Assembly (NCBI GenBank): GCA_048772705.1
Contig: JBLWGC010000204.1
Coordinates: 111,884-175,883 of the forward strand
Length of the DNA stretch: 64,000 nt
Direction of reading: 5' to 3'
From: Leidyana gryllorum EB-2025a
Lineage: Eukaryota > Protista > Apicomplexa
Part shown: piece by piece, positions 54,924 to 64,000 of the stretch
How positions within the stretch are numbered: position 1 is the stretch's first letter
Layout of the letters: each line of letters starts with the position of its first letter
The notes under the pieces: model-generated
Database searches by the model: none
The model's input: the letters and a program-made list of their open reading frames with translations, nothing else
Told to the model about the DNA's origin: nothing
Position numbers and translations under genes: made by a program

Positions 54924-56953
54924 TCAAATGTTCGAAAGCTCTCTCAACAGAGCCAATCGTCTGCGCCATTCGGCCTTTTCGGCCCGCATTTCCCCACTCA
55001 AACTCTGAATCATGGTTCGCAGTTCTGTGACGTCCCGCTGAGTGGCCATTTGGGTCCTAAACTCGTTATTCCCTTCGTCCAAAGCGGTCAGCCTATCGCG
55101 TAAGACGGCCATTTCATTCTGCAGATCGCCAACGGTATTCTCTCGCAGCTCTCTGACTTCGTTCGCCATTTGGCCCCGAATTTCGGCGATTGTCCCTTCG
55201 TGATTGGCGTTGCGCTCTTCGAGTGTCGTCACCCGACCACTCAGTGCCGTCACCTCAGCACTAAGTCGGGCAATAGCCTCATTCTGCGACGCCACCCTTT
55301 GACTCAACGCTAAGTTCGCATCACTCAGCGTTGCGATCCGATCATTCTGGACGCCGTTGGAGCTTTGCAGCTGGAGACACCGTTCGCGCACTTTCTGTAT
55401 CTCCACTTCAGATTCACATTGGTGAAGTTCAAAAGCGTTCTTCAGAAGTTCGATCTCAACGTCACCGACAGCTCTGTCGCGGGGAGTCTCTGTCGCTGTG
55501 GAATCGCTCGTCGCCGTCGTCGTCGTCGTCAAGCTGCAACTGGGGGTGGCGTAGGAGGGGGGCACTGCTTTCCGGTGACTGGAAGGGCGAAGCTCACAGT
55601 GCCCTTTCGCTCGCAGTCGGGCGCCTGAAGGTAAACAGAGGCGTTGACATTCCCCTCTTTCGGTAACTCTTCGTGGATCCTTCGGGTCAATTCTGCCAAA
55701 TCTTCGAATATCGCTTTCCCTTTGTGTCGGAGATTTAAGACGTAATGATTGTCGGCGACACCTTCGGACCATTCGAAAGACTCACATTGGCGCAGGAAAT
55801 GGATCCCGCGATCTCCGGGATCGATCCGTCGGGGCTCCTCAGTACCCATTCGCATCATTGGGAACACTTTATTGTGAATTCGGGCCGCTGTGACTTTAAT
55901 TCCGGGACCCTCAGAGACTTCTGAGACGATCACATTCTCGAGACAGTAACTAGTGAAAGTTCCGCTGCCACATTGGAATTCCACATGTCGACCGGTCAAA
56001 GGCGCCTTCAACTGCACCGATCCCTCTTCGGATTGGAAGAGAAACCGCTCGCTGCATTCCAACGGGGACTCAAAGGTCGATGTCTCACTTCCGGTGGCAC
56101 AAAGGGTCAGCGGGGTAGCGATTCTCAAAGGGGAATCCTCCGTGGCCGTTGGTGTCTCCCATTCGAAGTATTGGGCTTTGAGTGTCATTTGGGTTATTCC
56201 ACTGAAAGCTTTGTCTTCCAGTATCTTTTTGGGGTTCGCAAGATTGGTTTCCTTCTGTGAAAGTTTCATCGTTCCGCGGAATTCGTAAAAGTAATGTCGT
56301 TCTTCGGGCTGTTCGCCGAGAGACAAAGTGATGATGTCCCTTCCCCAATCAATCTTCACTTCGCGGTCGAAGCGACACTGATATATACCGTAGACGGTCG
56401 GTATATCTCTCAAAGTTAGCGCCAATGTGCACAGCTTAGAGTCTCTCCCCTTTTGGATGAAATTGCTCAGCTCCGCGAACTCTGTGATATCCGGTTGAGT
56501 CGGATCACTCGCGCCGCGAGAACAGTAAAAGCTCATTGTTTGGCGCCCATTGTCGTCGGGCGCAGTGAGTGTAACTTTGTCGATGAAGTCGAGAAACTTC
56601 TGGTCATTCCGATCCCGCGGCGCTGAGGGTTCACATCGCTCAATGGTCAGTGGGAGCCAAAAGTGTGACGGTTGGTCGAATGTCCACTCGGACGCTTCAA
56701 CAGCGACAGCGCATTTGATTCCGCGACCACTCAATTTCGATTCCAATTCCTTCGTGACTTCAGCCAATGTGTGAAAGTCGAGTGACCCTTCCGTCTTTCT
56801 AATTCGCAATTCGATAGCGTTAGTGCCCTCAAAACGGAACCATTCGGCCGAGTCGCAGTGACTGAGGAATGCACTTGCAGCCGGTGACAATTCAGTGGGA
56901 GCCTCCGCCAATGGTGTTAGACTGGAAGGAGAGTGGGAGGTTTCGGTGGCCAT
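54924..56953 (-). CDS. Family B member 1; one frameshift in the G6 run at 55557-55562; C-terminal coiled coil
   Basis: Highly similar to member 2. Adding one base restores QCPPSYA...IELLKN.FEL colinearity. Confidence 0.75.
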
Positions 56954-57367
56954 GATGAAAGACGCACAACGCCAACCCTAAGTTGAAGAGATTGAACGAT
57001 CTGTGGGACAACAGATTTAGAGAGAGTGTCAAACGGGATTGCTCACCGCAGGGGCTGTGGGAAAAGTGGCCGTTTTCAATGTTCAATGAGATATCCCGCG
57101 GACGGTGAGAACCAATCACTTTATCTCGCTGACGATTTTGCCAAGTTTCGACAAGACTCTCTCATTTCACTCTCATATTGACGGATTTTTAGGGCCCTTT
57201 GCAGAGCGCTTTCCATAACCCTCCTCGCTCATCTCGTCTAACTAACTAACTAAACCACATTCCCCTCCGCCCTTCTTCACCTCTAATGCCCTCAGTGGGA
57301 CAACGCTCACGGCCCGTCTTGTCTCCAAGTTACCTTCGAGCGATTGCTCTTCGAGCTAAGTCGATTG

Positions 57368-59272
57368 TTAGCGCCGCTCGGCCTTCGTGGGTCGCAGGTC
57401 TGCAGTCGCCGCTTCATACTCTCTAGCCCCGTGCCAAGCAGCCATCGCGTGGTGCAATGTGCTCATTTCAGCATTCATTTGGGCGATGATGCTTCTTTGG
57501 TATGCCGCCTGGTGTCTCAGCTGAGCATTTGCATCGATCAAAACGGATTGATTCGTAGTCAATTGGGCAATCAAATCCATCTGCGCGGCGAAGGCTCCTC
57601 GTAGATGGCGCCATTCCTCGTCTGATCCTCCGCTGTTCGCTTCCGTTGGACGTTGGCAGAGCTCGAAGGTGTTCTTCAGAAGCTCAATCTGGACATTCCT
57701 AGGCAGCGTGTGGGGAGGTCCCTCGACACACTCGTCTTGGGTCGTCGTCGAACTGCTCGTTGTCGCCGGCGTCAAATCACGATAACTGTTTAACGGGCAC
57801 TGCTCGCCGGTGACTTCCAGAGCGAAACTCACGGGACCCTTTCGTGCACAGTCGGGAGCCACAATGTGGACAGAGGCGCTTATCTTTCCGTCTTTCGGCA
57901 ACGCATCGCGTATCTTTTGGGTTAACTCGCCCACATCGTTGAGGATTGCTCTGCTTCCGTGTTTCAGAGTGAGTACGTAATGATTGTCGGTGGAACCTTT
58001 CGACCATTTGAAAGATTCACATTGGCGCAGGAAATGGATCCCGCGATCTCCGGGATCGATCAGTCGGGGCTCTTCAGTACCCACTCGCATCATTGGGAAC
58101 ACTTTGTTCTGAATTCGGGCCGCGGTGACTTTAATTCCGGGACCCTCAGAGACTTCTGAGACGATCACATTCTCGAGACAGTAATTAGTGAAAGTTCCGC
58201 CGCCGCACTGAAATGCCACATGTCGACCGGTCAGAGCCGCCTTCAACTCCACCGATCCCTCTTCGGAATGGAAGAGAAACCGCTCTCTGCATTCCAATGG
58301 ACACTCAAAGGTCGACGTCTCACTTCCGGTAGCGCAAAGGGTCAGCGGCATAACGATTATCAGAGGGGAATTCTCCCTGGCCGCTGGTTTCTCCCATTCG
58401 AAAGAATGGGCTTTGAATGTCATTTGGGTTATTCCGTGGAGAGCTTTGTCTGCCAGTATCCTTTTGGGGTTCACCGTACAGGTTTCCTTCTGTGAAATTG
58501 GCCTCCTTCCGCGGTATTCGTGGACGAAAGGTCGTTCTTCGGGCTGTGCGCCGAGAGAGAAAGTGAACTTTGCCCTATTCCAATCAATCTTCACTTCGCG
58601 GTCGAAGCGACACTGATATAAACCGTAGACGGTCAGTATATCTCTCAAAGTTAGCGCCAATGTGCACAGCTTAGAGTCTCTCTCCCTTTGGAGGAAGAAA
58701 TAGCTCAGCTCCGCGAACTCTCTGATATTCGGTTGTCCCGGATCACTCGCGCCGCGAGAACAGTAAAAGCTCATTGTTTGGCGCCCATTGTCGTCGGCCG
58801 CAGTGAGTGTAATTTTGTCGATGAAGTCGAGAAACTTCTGGTAATTCCGATCCCGCGGCTCTGAGGGTTCACATCGCTCAATGGTCAGTGGGAGCCAAAA
58901 GTGTGACGGTTCATCAAATGTCCACTCGAACGCTTCAACAGCGACAGCGCATTTGAAGCCCTGATTGATGATTGTCAGTCCGAAGTCTTTGGTGACTTCA
59001 CCGAATTTGTGACAGTTGAATGGTGCTGTCGTCTTTTTGATCCGTAATTCCACGGCCTGGGTATCCGAATTTCGGAACCATTGCACCGAGTCGCAGTCAT
59101 TGAGAAATGCAGTCGTCAGCGCTGGCAGCTCAATGGGCGCCTTCTCCATCAAAGTTACAACAGGAGTCTCTGGCTGAGTCACAGTGGGAGTCTCTGCTTG
59201 AGTTACAGTAGCGGGCGACTCGTTCACAGTTCCAGCAGACGGTCGCCGCAGGAGATTCCACAAGCTCGCCAT
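57368..59272 (-). CDS. Family B member 2, intact; internal repeats plus coiled coil
   Basis: Long ORF with near-identical DNA blocks shared with member 1. Confidence 0.82.
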   Translation of the reverse strand: MASLWNLLRRPSAGTVNESPATVTQAETPTVTQPETPVVTLMEKAPIELPALTTAFLNDCDSVQWFRNSDTQAVELRIKKTTAPFNCHKFGEVTKDFGLTIINQGFKCAVAVEAFEWTFDEPSHFWLPLTIERCEPSEPRDRNYQKFLDFIDKITLTAADDNGRQTMSFYCSRGASDPGQPNIREFAELSYFFLQRERDSKLCTLALTLRDILTVYGLYQCRFDREVKIDWNRAKFTFSLGAQPEERPFVHEYRGRRPISQKETCTVNPKRILADKALHGITQMTFKAHSFEWEKPAARENSPLIIVMPLTLCATGSETSTFECPLECRERFLFHSEEGSVELKAALTGRHVAFQCGGGTFTNYCLENVIVSEVSEGPGIKVTAARIQNKVFPMMRVGTEEPRLIDPGDRGIHFLRQCESFKWSKGSTDNHYVLTLKHGSRAILNDVGELTQKIRDALPKDGKISASVHIVAPDCARKGPVSFALEVTGEQCPLNSYRDLTPATTSSSTTTQDECVEGPPHTLPRNVQIELLKNTFELCQRPTEANSGGSDEEWRHLRGAFAAQMDLIAQLTTNQSVLIDANAQLRHQAAYQRSIIAQMNAEMSTLHHAMAAWHGAREYEAATADLRPTKAERR

Positions 59273-59918
59273 ACTGCGACACTCACGAGGCAATCGGCAG
59301 AACAGACAGTGTGCTTCGATTTCTGAGCCACATTCTCTAATTCTCTCATGTGCGAAAGAGGAGACGGTGGATCGGCTGGCGCAGACCTTTATACAAATTG
59401 ACTCTCCCACCCCTCCTTCGCACAACGGACGGCAGAGCGCCAGAGCGGTACCTACGCGGCTCCCAACTGCGCAAAGATTGTTACCGGCGGCGGAGTCAGT
59501 ATGAAGTGTAACGCCACACCTCCACCTCCACCCCGCCCCGGGCTGTTGGATCGACCGACACTACTCGATCCAACAGAAGGATCCACCCCGAGGAGGACAT
59601 CAGTTACGCCTAAGGCGGACAATTGTCGGCGATTGACCTGAGTCAATCCGCCGGAATATGTCTGTGTCTCCGGCCGGCTCGAGGACCGGACAGAGACACA
59701 GACACGTGTGTGCTCACTTACCTTTTTGACGAACGGAACTTACGATGACTGACGATTCCACCATCTTGCGCAGCGGCAAGGTGATCCCAAGCGGGAACGA
59801 CGTAAACCTGATAGATCACATGAAGTGGCGGGCGTCAGCCTCGCCAAAAACACGTCCATGGAGGCAGGCTATCTGTATCAAGCATAAATGGTGAGTAGGC
59901 TGGAAAAGCACCTGGCTA

Positions 59919-60173
59919 TTATAGTCTTCGGCTATCTTCAGGTGAGAGATCGGTAAAGCTCTCGATGGTTTGAGGTTCAACTGAAGGACGGTGCCGACTG
60001 CATTGGACAGCCCGGCAGAAGGTCATCGAAGGAGCGACTGCGATCATGGCTCGGTGAACCGGTATTAGTTGTACCGGTTGATTATCGGCCGGATCTGCTG
60101 GGAGGTCAACAGAAGGGCTTTGATCTTCTTCTGGATCGGTTCCTGCCTTGCTCCTGAGTCCATCTCTAGCCAT
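59919..60173 (-). pseudogene. MARDGLRS... short ORF or remnant
   Basis: Homologous to the 43940-44126 remnant. Confidence 0.5.
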
Positions 60174-60192
60174 CCTGCAGTTCAATCCAAGA

Positions 60193-60261
60193 AGTCATTC
60201 TAATCAGTGCCAAGCACAGGTGCGTGTTTGTCGACCCGGTGTCTCCGTGTTAGCCCGGTCG
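60193..60261 (-). promoter_or_regulatory. Conserved upstream element, shared with 44141-44206
   Basis: See the partner copy. Confidence 0.55.
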
Positions 60262-60391
60262 GAACACTAGATCATATCATAGCATGCAATCCAAAAACAA
60301 AAATTCTATCAAAGCAGTAGTTTAACCCTAAGGGTTGTGTCACACCTAGCTAGGGCTACGCACACCCTTTTCACTAATCACTCGGTCAAGA

Positions 60392-63052
60392 TTATCTGTA
60401 TTGTAGCCACACTGACTGTCCGGGATCGCGTCGCAAGGCCTCTTCGATGGCGGCCATTTCGTTGGTCGACGTTTGAAGCCGTATGATGGAACTTAGAAGG
60501 CTGAGATTCATTGCCGTCTCCTCTGCGGATGGTTGCTGGTATGTGGGTGGTTGAGGAAGTAAGAGTGCTTTTTCAGCATCCGCGGGCGAGACTGGACCTG
60601 TTACAGGACCTCCGCTTTCGGGATCTCCGAAGGGTGGCCGACGGACTGGGTGCAGTGAGTGGTCCCACGGGAAAATCCCTGCCCAGTAGTCTTGTTCGGA
60701 GACGGGATGGGAACAGTTATTCTGTTTAGACTTCTTGGATTTGTGGTTTCGTCTCCGAGTCCTTGACTTTTTCGAATGACCTGTGCCTCCACTGTTGACA
60801 AACGGAAACTGGTTGAGGGTTGGGGGGGGAGTTTCTACTTGTGTCTTGGACATCTTGGCTTCAACGACACCAAACTCATTGTCTGATGGGCGTTTTGTAC
60901 CCAGCTGGACTTTGGCTGGGCGTGATGCTTTACCCCTTGGAGCTTCAGCTTTGGGTTGAGCTGGAAGTGATGCTTTACCTTTCTGAGCTTCTGCTTTGAA
61001 GTTTTCGACGAGTGACTGCAGACTTATGAGGTTCGGGGAGGGTAGGGCTCCAGCCCTGAATGCTGGAAGCGTCCTTGTCGCCCCAGTCACGACAACATTT
61101 CCGTTTCTCAGGAGAACGGGTTTGTCTGCCTCGTCGACTGGAAGTAATGGCGTGGGAGCCCCAGGGGTGGATGGCGGTGGTGGTGGAAGAAGTGAATTTG
61201 CTCCATCTGAATCTGGGTCGGGATGCGGAGGTGGTGGAGGGGGTAGTGGAAGTCCTTCGTTGATACGACCCGTATTTTGGGTTACTTGTCCGTGCAACAG
61301 CGGTCCTGGTAGTGAAAAAGTATTACCTCCGTTCGGTACTTCTCCTTGGCTCGGTCTCTCCCCCAGCTGGAGTAGTTCGCTGTGCTCTACCCTTCGTTGC
61401 TGTACTCCGCCTTGATGCATCCCTCCTCTGTTCCGGATATTTAGCGGCAGTTGTGAATCAGCTCCGCGGATGACCCAGAGTGGCACTCGGTTGTTGACTG
61501 TGGCTTGTGACTGATCTTCATTGTTGTACTTGCAGCAGGCAGTAGCGTCAACTTGATCTGGGAGTGTAACGCTGCCGATGGTGTCGTGAACAGTGTTATC
61601 GTGCTGGTCAACACTTTCGAGCACAAAGTTGAAAGTATCGACATTGACGGGGTTACCCCGTACGGCCTGAATGGTGGCGAAATGATTGTTGTCCATGGGA
61701 AGCTTGATTTTCAAATTCTCGAGATTGGTCCATTCAACTGAGCAGTTGGCGACCTCCAATTCTGTAATCAGTACCTCTGCCCTCCTTCTGAATGCAGTGG
61801 TGGTCTTCAAGTTCCATTGAAGATGATTTTTCGGAGTCCAATCCAGCCCCTGCTCCTTGGAGTTGTCAAAAGCGCGACAAACGCTGTTTAGAGGGAGTCG
61901 ATGTACTTCTCCCTGTCCTTCAGCATGATAGATGATATACATATTCTCGTTCTTCTTGTTCTGACACAAGAACACTTTGGCATTCTGGAGCTCCTTAGCA
62001 GAGGAATTCTTAACTCGGAGGGGTATGAAGATAGATTCATTAGGAGGAAGTTGACTAATGCTTTGCTTTTTGCACAGTAACCGACTGAGAGCTTCAGCCG
62101 AGCCGGGGGCTCCGGGTTGATTGCGAACTGCGAGATTGTTTTCCTGGAGATAGTAAGTGAGGGTGGAATCTGCAACCCTCAGTTCCACCTTGGCCCCCAA
62201 CTTGTTTTTTGTGATTGTTGCGGTGCTTTCATCATCTGCGACAGAAAACTCGATCGGCTTCCATGTCACGCCCAGCTCCTTGACGTCCGCAGCTTCTTCG
62301 ATTTCCATTGCCTCAGTAACTTTGAAGGGAAGCAGGCGATCCTCTTTGTCGAGGAATTCCATCTGCATCTTCGAATCCTTTTCGATGAATTGGATCACAG
62401 CGACGTCTCTGAGCTTTGTCTTGAACTCGGCCTTTTCAGCCACTTTGGTGATCGCATCTCGGAAAGCATGGAAGACTTTGATGCCCACATTTTCCCCAGT
62501 TTTCAGTGTGATGGTATCTCCCCGATCCAATCGCAACAGTTTGGCAGCGCTCAATCGAGTCACGCCGTTGACGCCCGATGTGGTGTATGAAAGTCCTAAA
62601 TTCGTGTTTGGAAGGATCTCGAGAAACGTTTTTCTCCCTCTATCTGCAGCGCGCAAAAGGCCAGGCGCAACCCATGAGCAGCATCCGGCTCTCAAATTCT
62701 CCTCGGCGACCCACCCATGTCCACTTTTGATCTTCTCGAGGCTACCCAATAATTTCAAACGCCCTCGAAACAGGTCCAGAACATCGGTCATATAGGCCGA
62801 CGGCTTGTGAACTTGCGCATCACTCGCTAGTTGACCAGTGTCGAAGGAACTTGATGATGCACCTTCCGCCACGCCCGTACACTCAGATACCGTCTGTGCG
62901 ACAAACACGAGCGGGACTACGACATAATTCCGTCGTCGAGACTGATGCTTGACCCTCAGTCCAACCATCTTGGCGATCCTCACTACCTCAAGTCCCAAAA
63001 AAAATTTTGCTACCGACGGCTGACTTTGGCGCGGTTGAGCGCCCTGATTCAT
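60392..63052 (-). CDS. Large intronless hypothetical protein with poly-Pro and basic C-terminal tracts
   Basis: 886-aa ORF; no family recognised. Confidence 0.75.
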   Translation of the reverse strand: MNQGAQPRQSQPSVAKFFLGLEVVRIAKMVGLRVKHQSRRRNYVVVPLVFVAQTVSECTGVAEGASSSSFDTGQLASDAQVHKPSAYMTDVLDLFRGRLKLLGSLEKIKSGHGWVAEENLRAGCCSWVAPGLLRAADRGRKTFLEILPNTNLGLSYTTSGVNGVTRLSAAKLLRLDRGDTITLKTGENVGIKVFHAFRDAITKVAEKAEFKTKLRDVAVIQFIEKDSKMQMEFLDKEDRLLPFKVTEAMEIEEAADVKELGVTWKPIEFSVADDESTATITKNKLGAKVELRVADSTLTYYLQENNLAVRNQPGAPGSAEALSRLLCKKQSISQLPPNESIFIPLRVKNSSAKELQNAKVFLCQNKKNENMYIIYHAEGQGEVHRLPLNSVCRAFDNSKEQGLDWTPKNHLQWNLKTTTAFRRRAEVLITELEVANCSVEWTNLENLKIKLPMDNNHFATIQAVRGNPVNVDTFNFVLESVDQHDNTVHDTIGSVTLPDQVDATACCKYNNEDQSQATVNNRVPLWVIRGADSQLPLNIRNRGGMHQGGVQQRRVEHSELLQLGERPSQGEVPNGGNTFSLPGPLLHGQVTQNTGRINEGLPLPPPPPPHPDPDSDGANSLLPPPPPSTPGAPTPLLPVDEADKPVLLRNGNVVVTGATRTLPAFRAGALPSPNLISLQSLVENFKAEAQKGKASLPAQPKAEAPRGKASRPAKVQLGTKRPSDNEFGVVEAKMSKTQVETPPPTLNQFPFVNSGGTGHSKKSRTRRRNHKSKKSKQNNCSHPVSEQDYWAGIFPWDHSLHPVRRPPFGDPESGGPVTGPVSPADAEKALLLPQPPTYQQPSAEETAMNLSLLSSIIRLQTSTNEMAAIEEALRRDPGQSVWLQYR

Positions 63053-63269
63053 CTGATCGGCACATTCCGCCCGGACTGAGACCTCTCGAACAGAGTTCTC
63101 TCGATGCCAAGCGCGACACCCGGATCGTGAGATTCACCTTCAAGCACACATACATCTGATGCTGACAGATCTAAATCTGTCGAGCAGGTGAGTAGCTCTG
63201 AGCGGTCTCTGGTATCCTTCACTCACCGCAGAGGGAGTAGTCGCCCAAACTCCATCTCAGTATTCTACT

Positions 63270-64000
63270 GAAGCTGGAGGCGCCCGCTGGTCGTTCCTGC
63301 TACAACTGCGTTCCACAAAGACGCGCTCGGCAAACTGCTCCGTTATAAGGAGTGTGCAACTGTGGAATTGTGGATCCGGGAGACTCGAGGAATACCCAAT
63401 TATCACGCATTGTCTGAGGTCACGTAAGAGCTGTGGTGTGGACCCCAAGCGGTCTCACCGCCAAATTCTCCATCGCTGTTGACGCTTTCGAATGGGTATC
63501 TGACAAAGTCTCACACTTCTATCTCCCACTGACTCTAAAGAGGTGTAAACCCTCAGAGCCCTGCGATTGGAGTCGCGCGACGTTTCTCGACTCTGTCGAC
63601 GGGATTACACTCACCACCCCCGACCCGACGTCAAGGGGCGCCAAACCATTGACTCTTACTGTTCCTCCGACGCGAATACTCACAAGCAACCGGATGTCAG
63701 AGACTTCAATGAACTGAGTAGATTGTTCCGAAGGAAGAGACACCCTGGGCTGTACACATTGGCGCTATAGTCGGGAGACGTCAGGAGACGTCAGAAGAAT
63801 TTACCGCGTGTGCGGGAGTCTTCGATCGCGAAGTGATCCTAAATGGGAGTTCGAGTACCGTTACTTCATCTCTCGGAGAACAGCCCGACGAACGACAGTA
63901 TCTATGAATGTCGAGAAGGGTTATCAATTTCGCAAAATCCATTCAATCTTGCGAATATAGGAATTCAAAGCTCTCAACATGATAATCCACATGATGCTAT
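63270..64000 (+). pseudogene. Family B member 3; inverted and decayed; runs off the window
   Basis: AVDAFEW..SHFYLPLTLKRC.PSEP / GRQT...YCS...QPD...F.ELS...YTLAL*, with several frameshifts and stops. Confidence 0.75.

Noticed and set aside
60323-60370. TAACCCTAAGGGTT telomere-like palindrome and hairpin
   Set aside because: It is a single unit with no array or supporting telomerase RNA features.

Overview
Eukaryotic nuclear DNA from an apicomplexan, probably a gregarine. The phylum call rests on two eL41 genes with the apicomplexan-type MAHGxSRYKK N-terminus; the gregarine call is inference from the compact layout and ~40-60 nt GT-AG introns. Bases ~1-34.5 kb are a dense housekeeping block: eS7, RCL1, glycine dehydrogenase P-protein, NMNAT, a CIR_N protein, a degenerate importin-alpha, 2x eL41, a NUP42-like nucleoporin, an Ariadne E3, three tandem secreted GMC oxidoreductases, an SNF7 protein, a GPR107/TMEM87-like protein, a histidine phosphatase, PRP28 and a secreted Pro-rich RxLGKK repeat protein. 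Bases ~34.9-64 kb are an almost intronless accessory block with two lineage-specific gene families (several copies disrupted), a GPI-anchored six-hairpin glycosidase and a DeSI pseudogene. The top finding is a four-copy ~150-nt element at 48.6-51.6 kb. Its stems covary between copies and form a hairpin plus pseudoknot fold, so it is a candidate undescribed structured RNA or ssDNA element. Other highlights are a 9-mer (ACTTTTTTG) adjacent to housekeeping start codons and a possible RxL-processed polyprotein. Exon boundaries and alignments were read by eye; no database searches were run.
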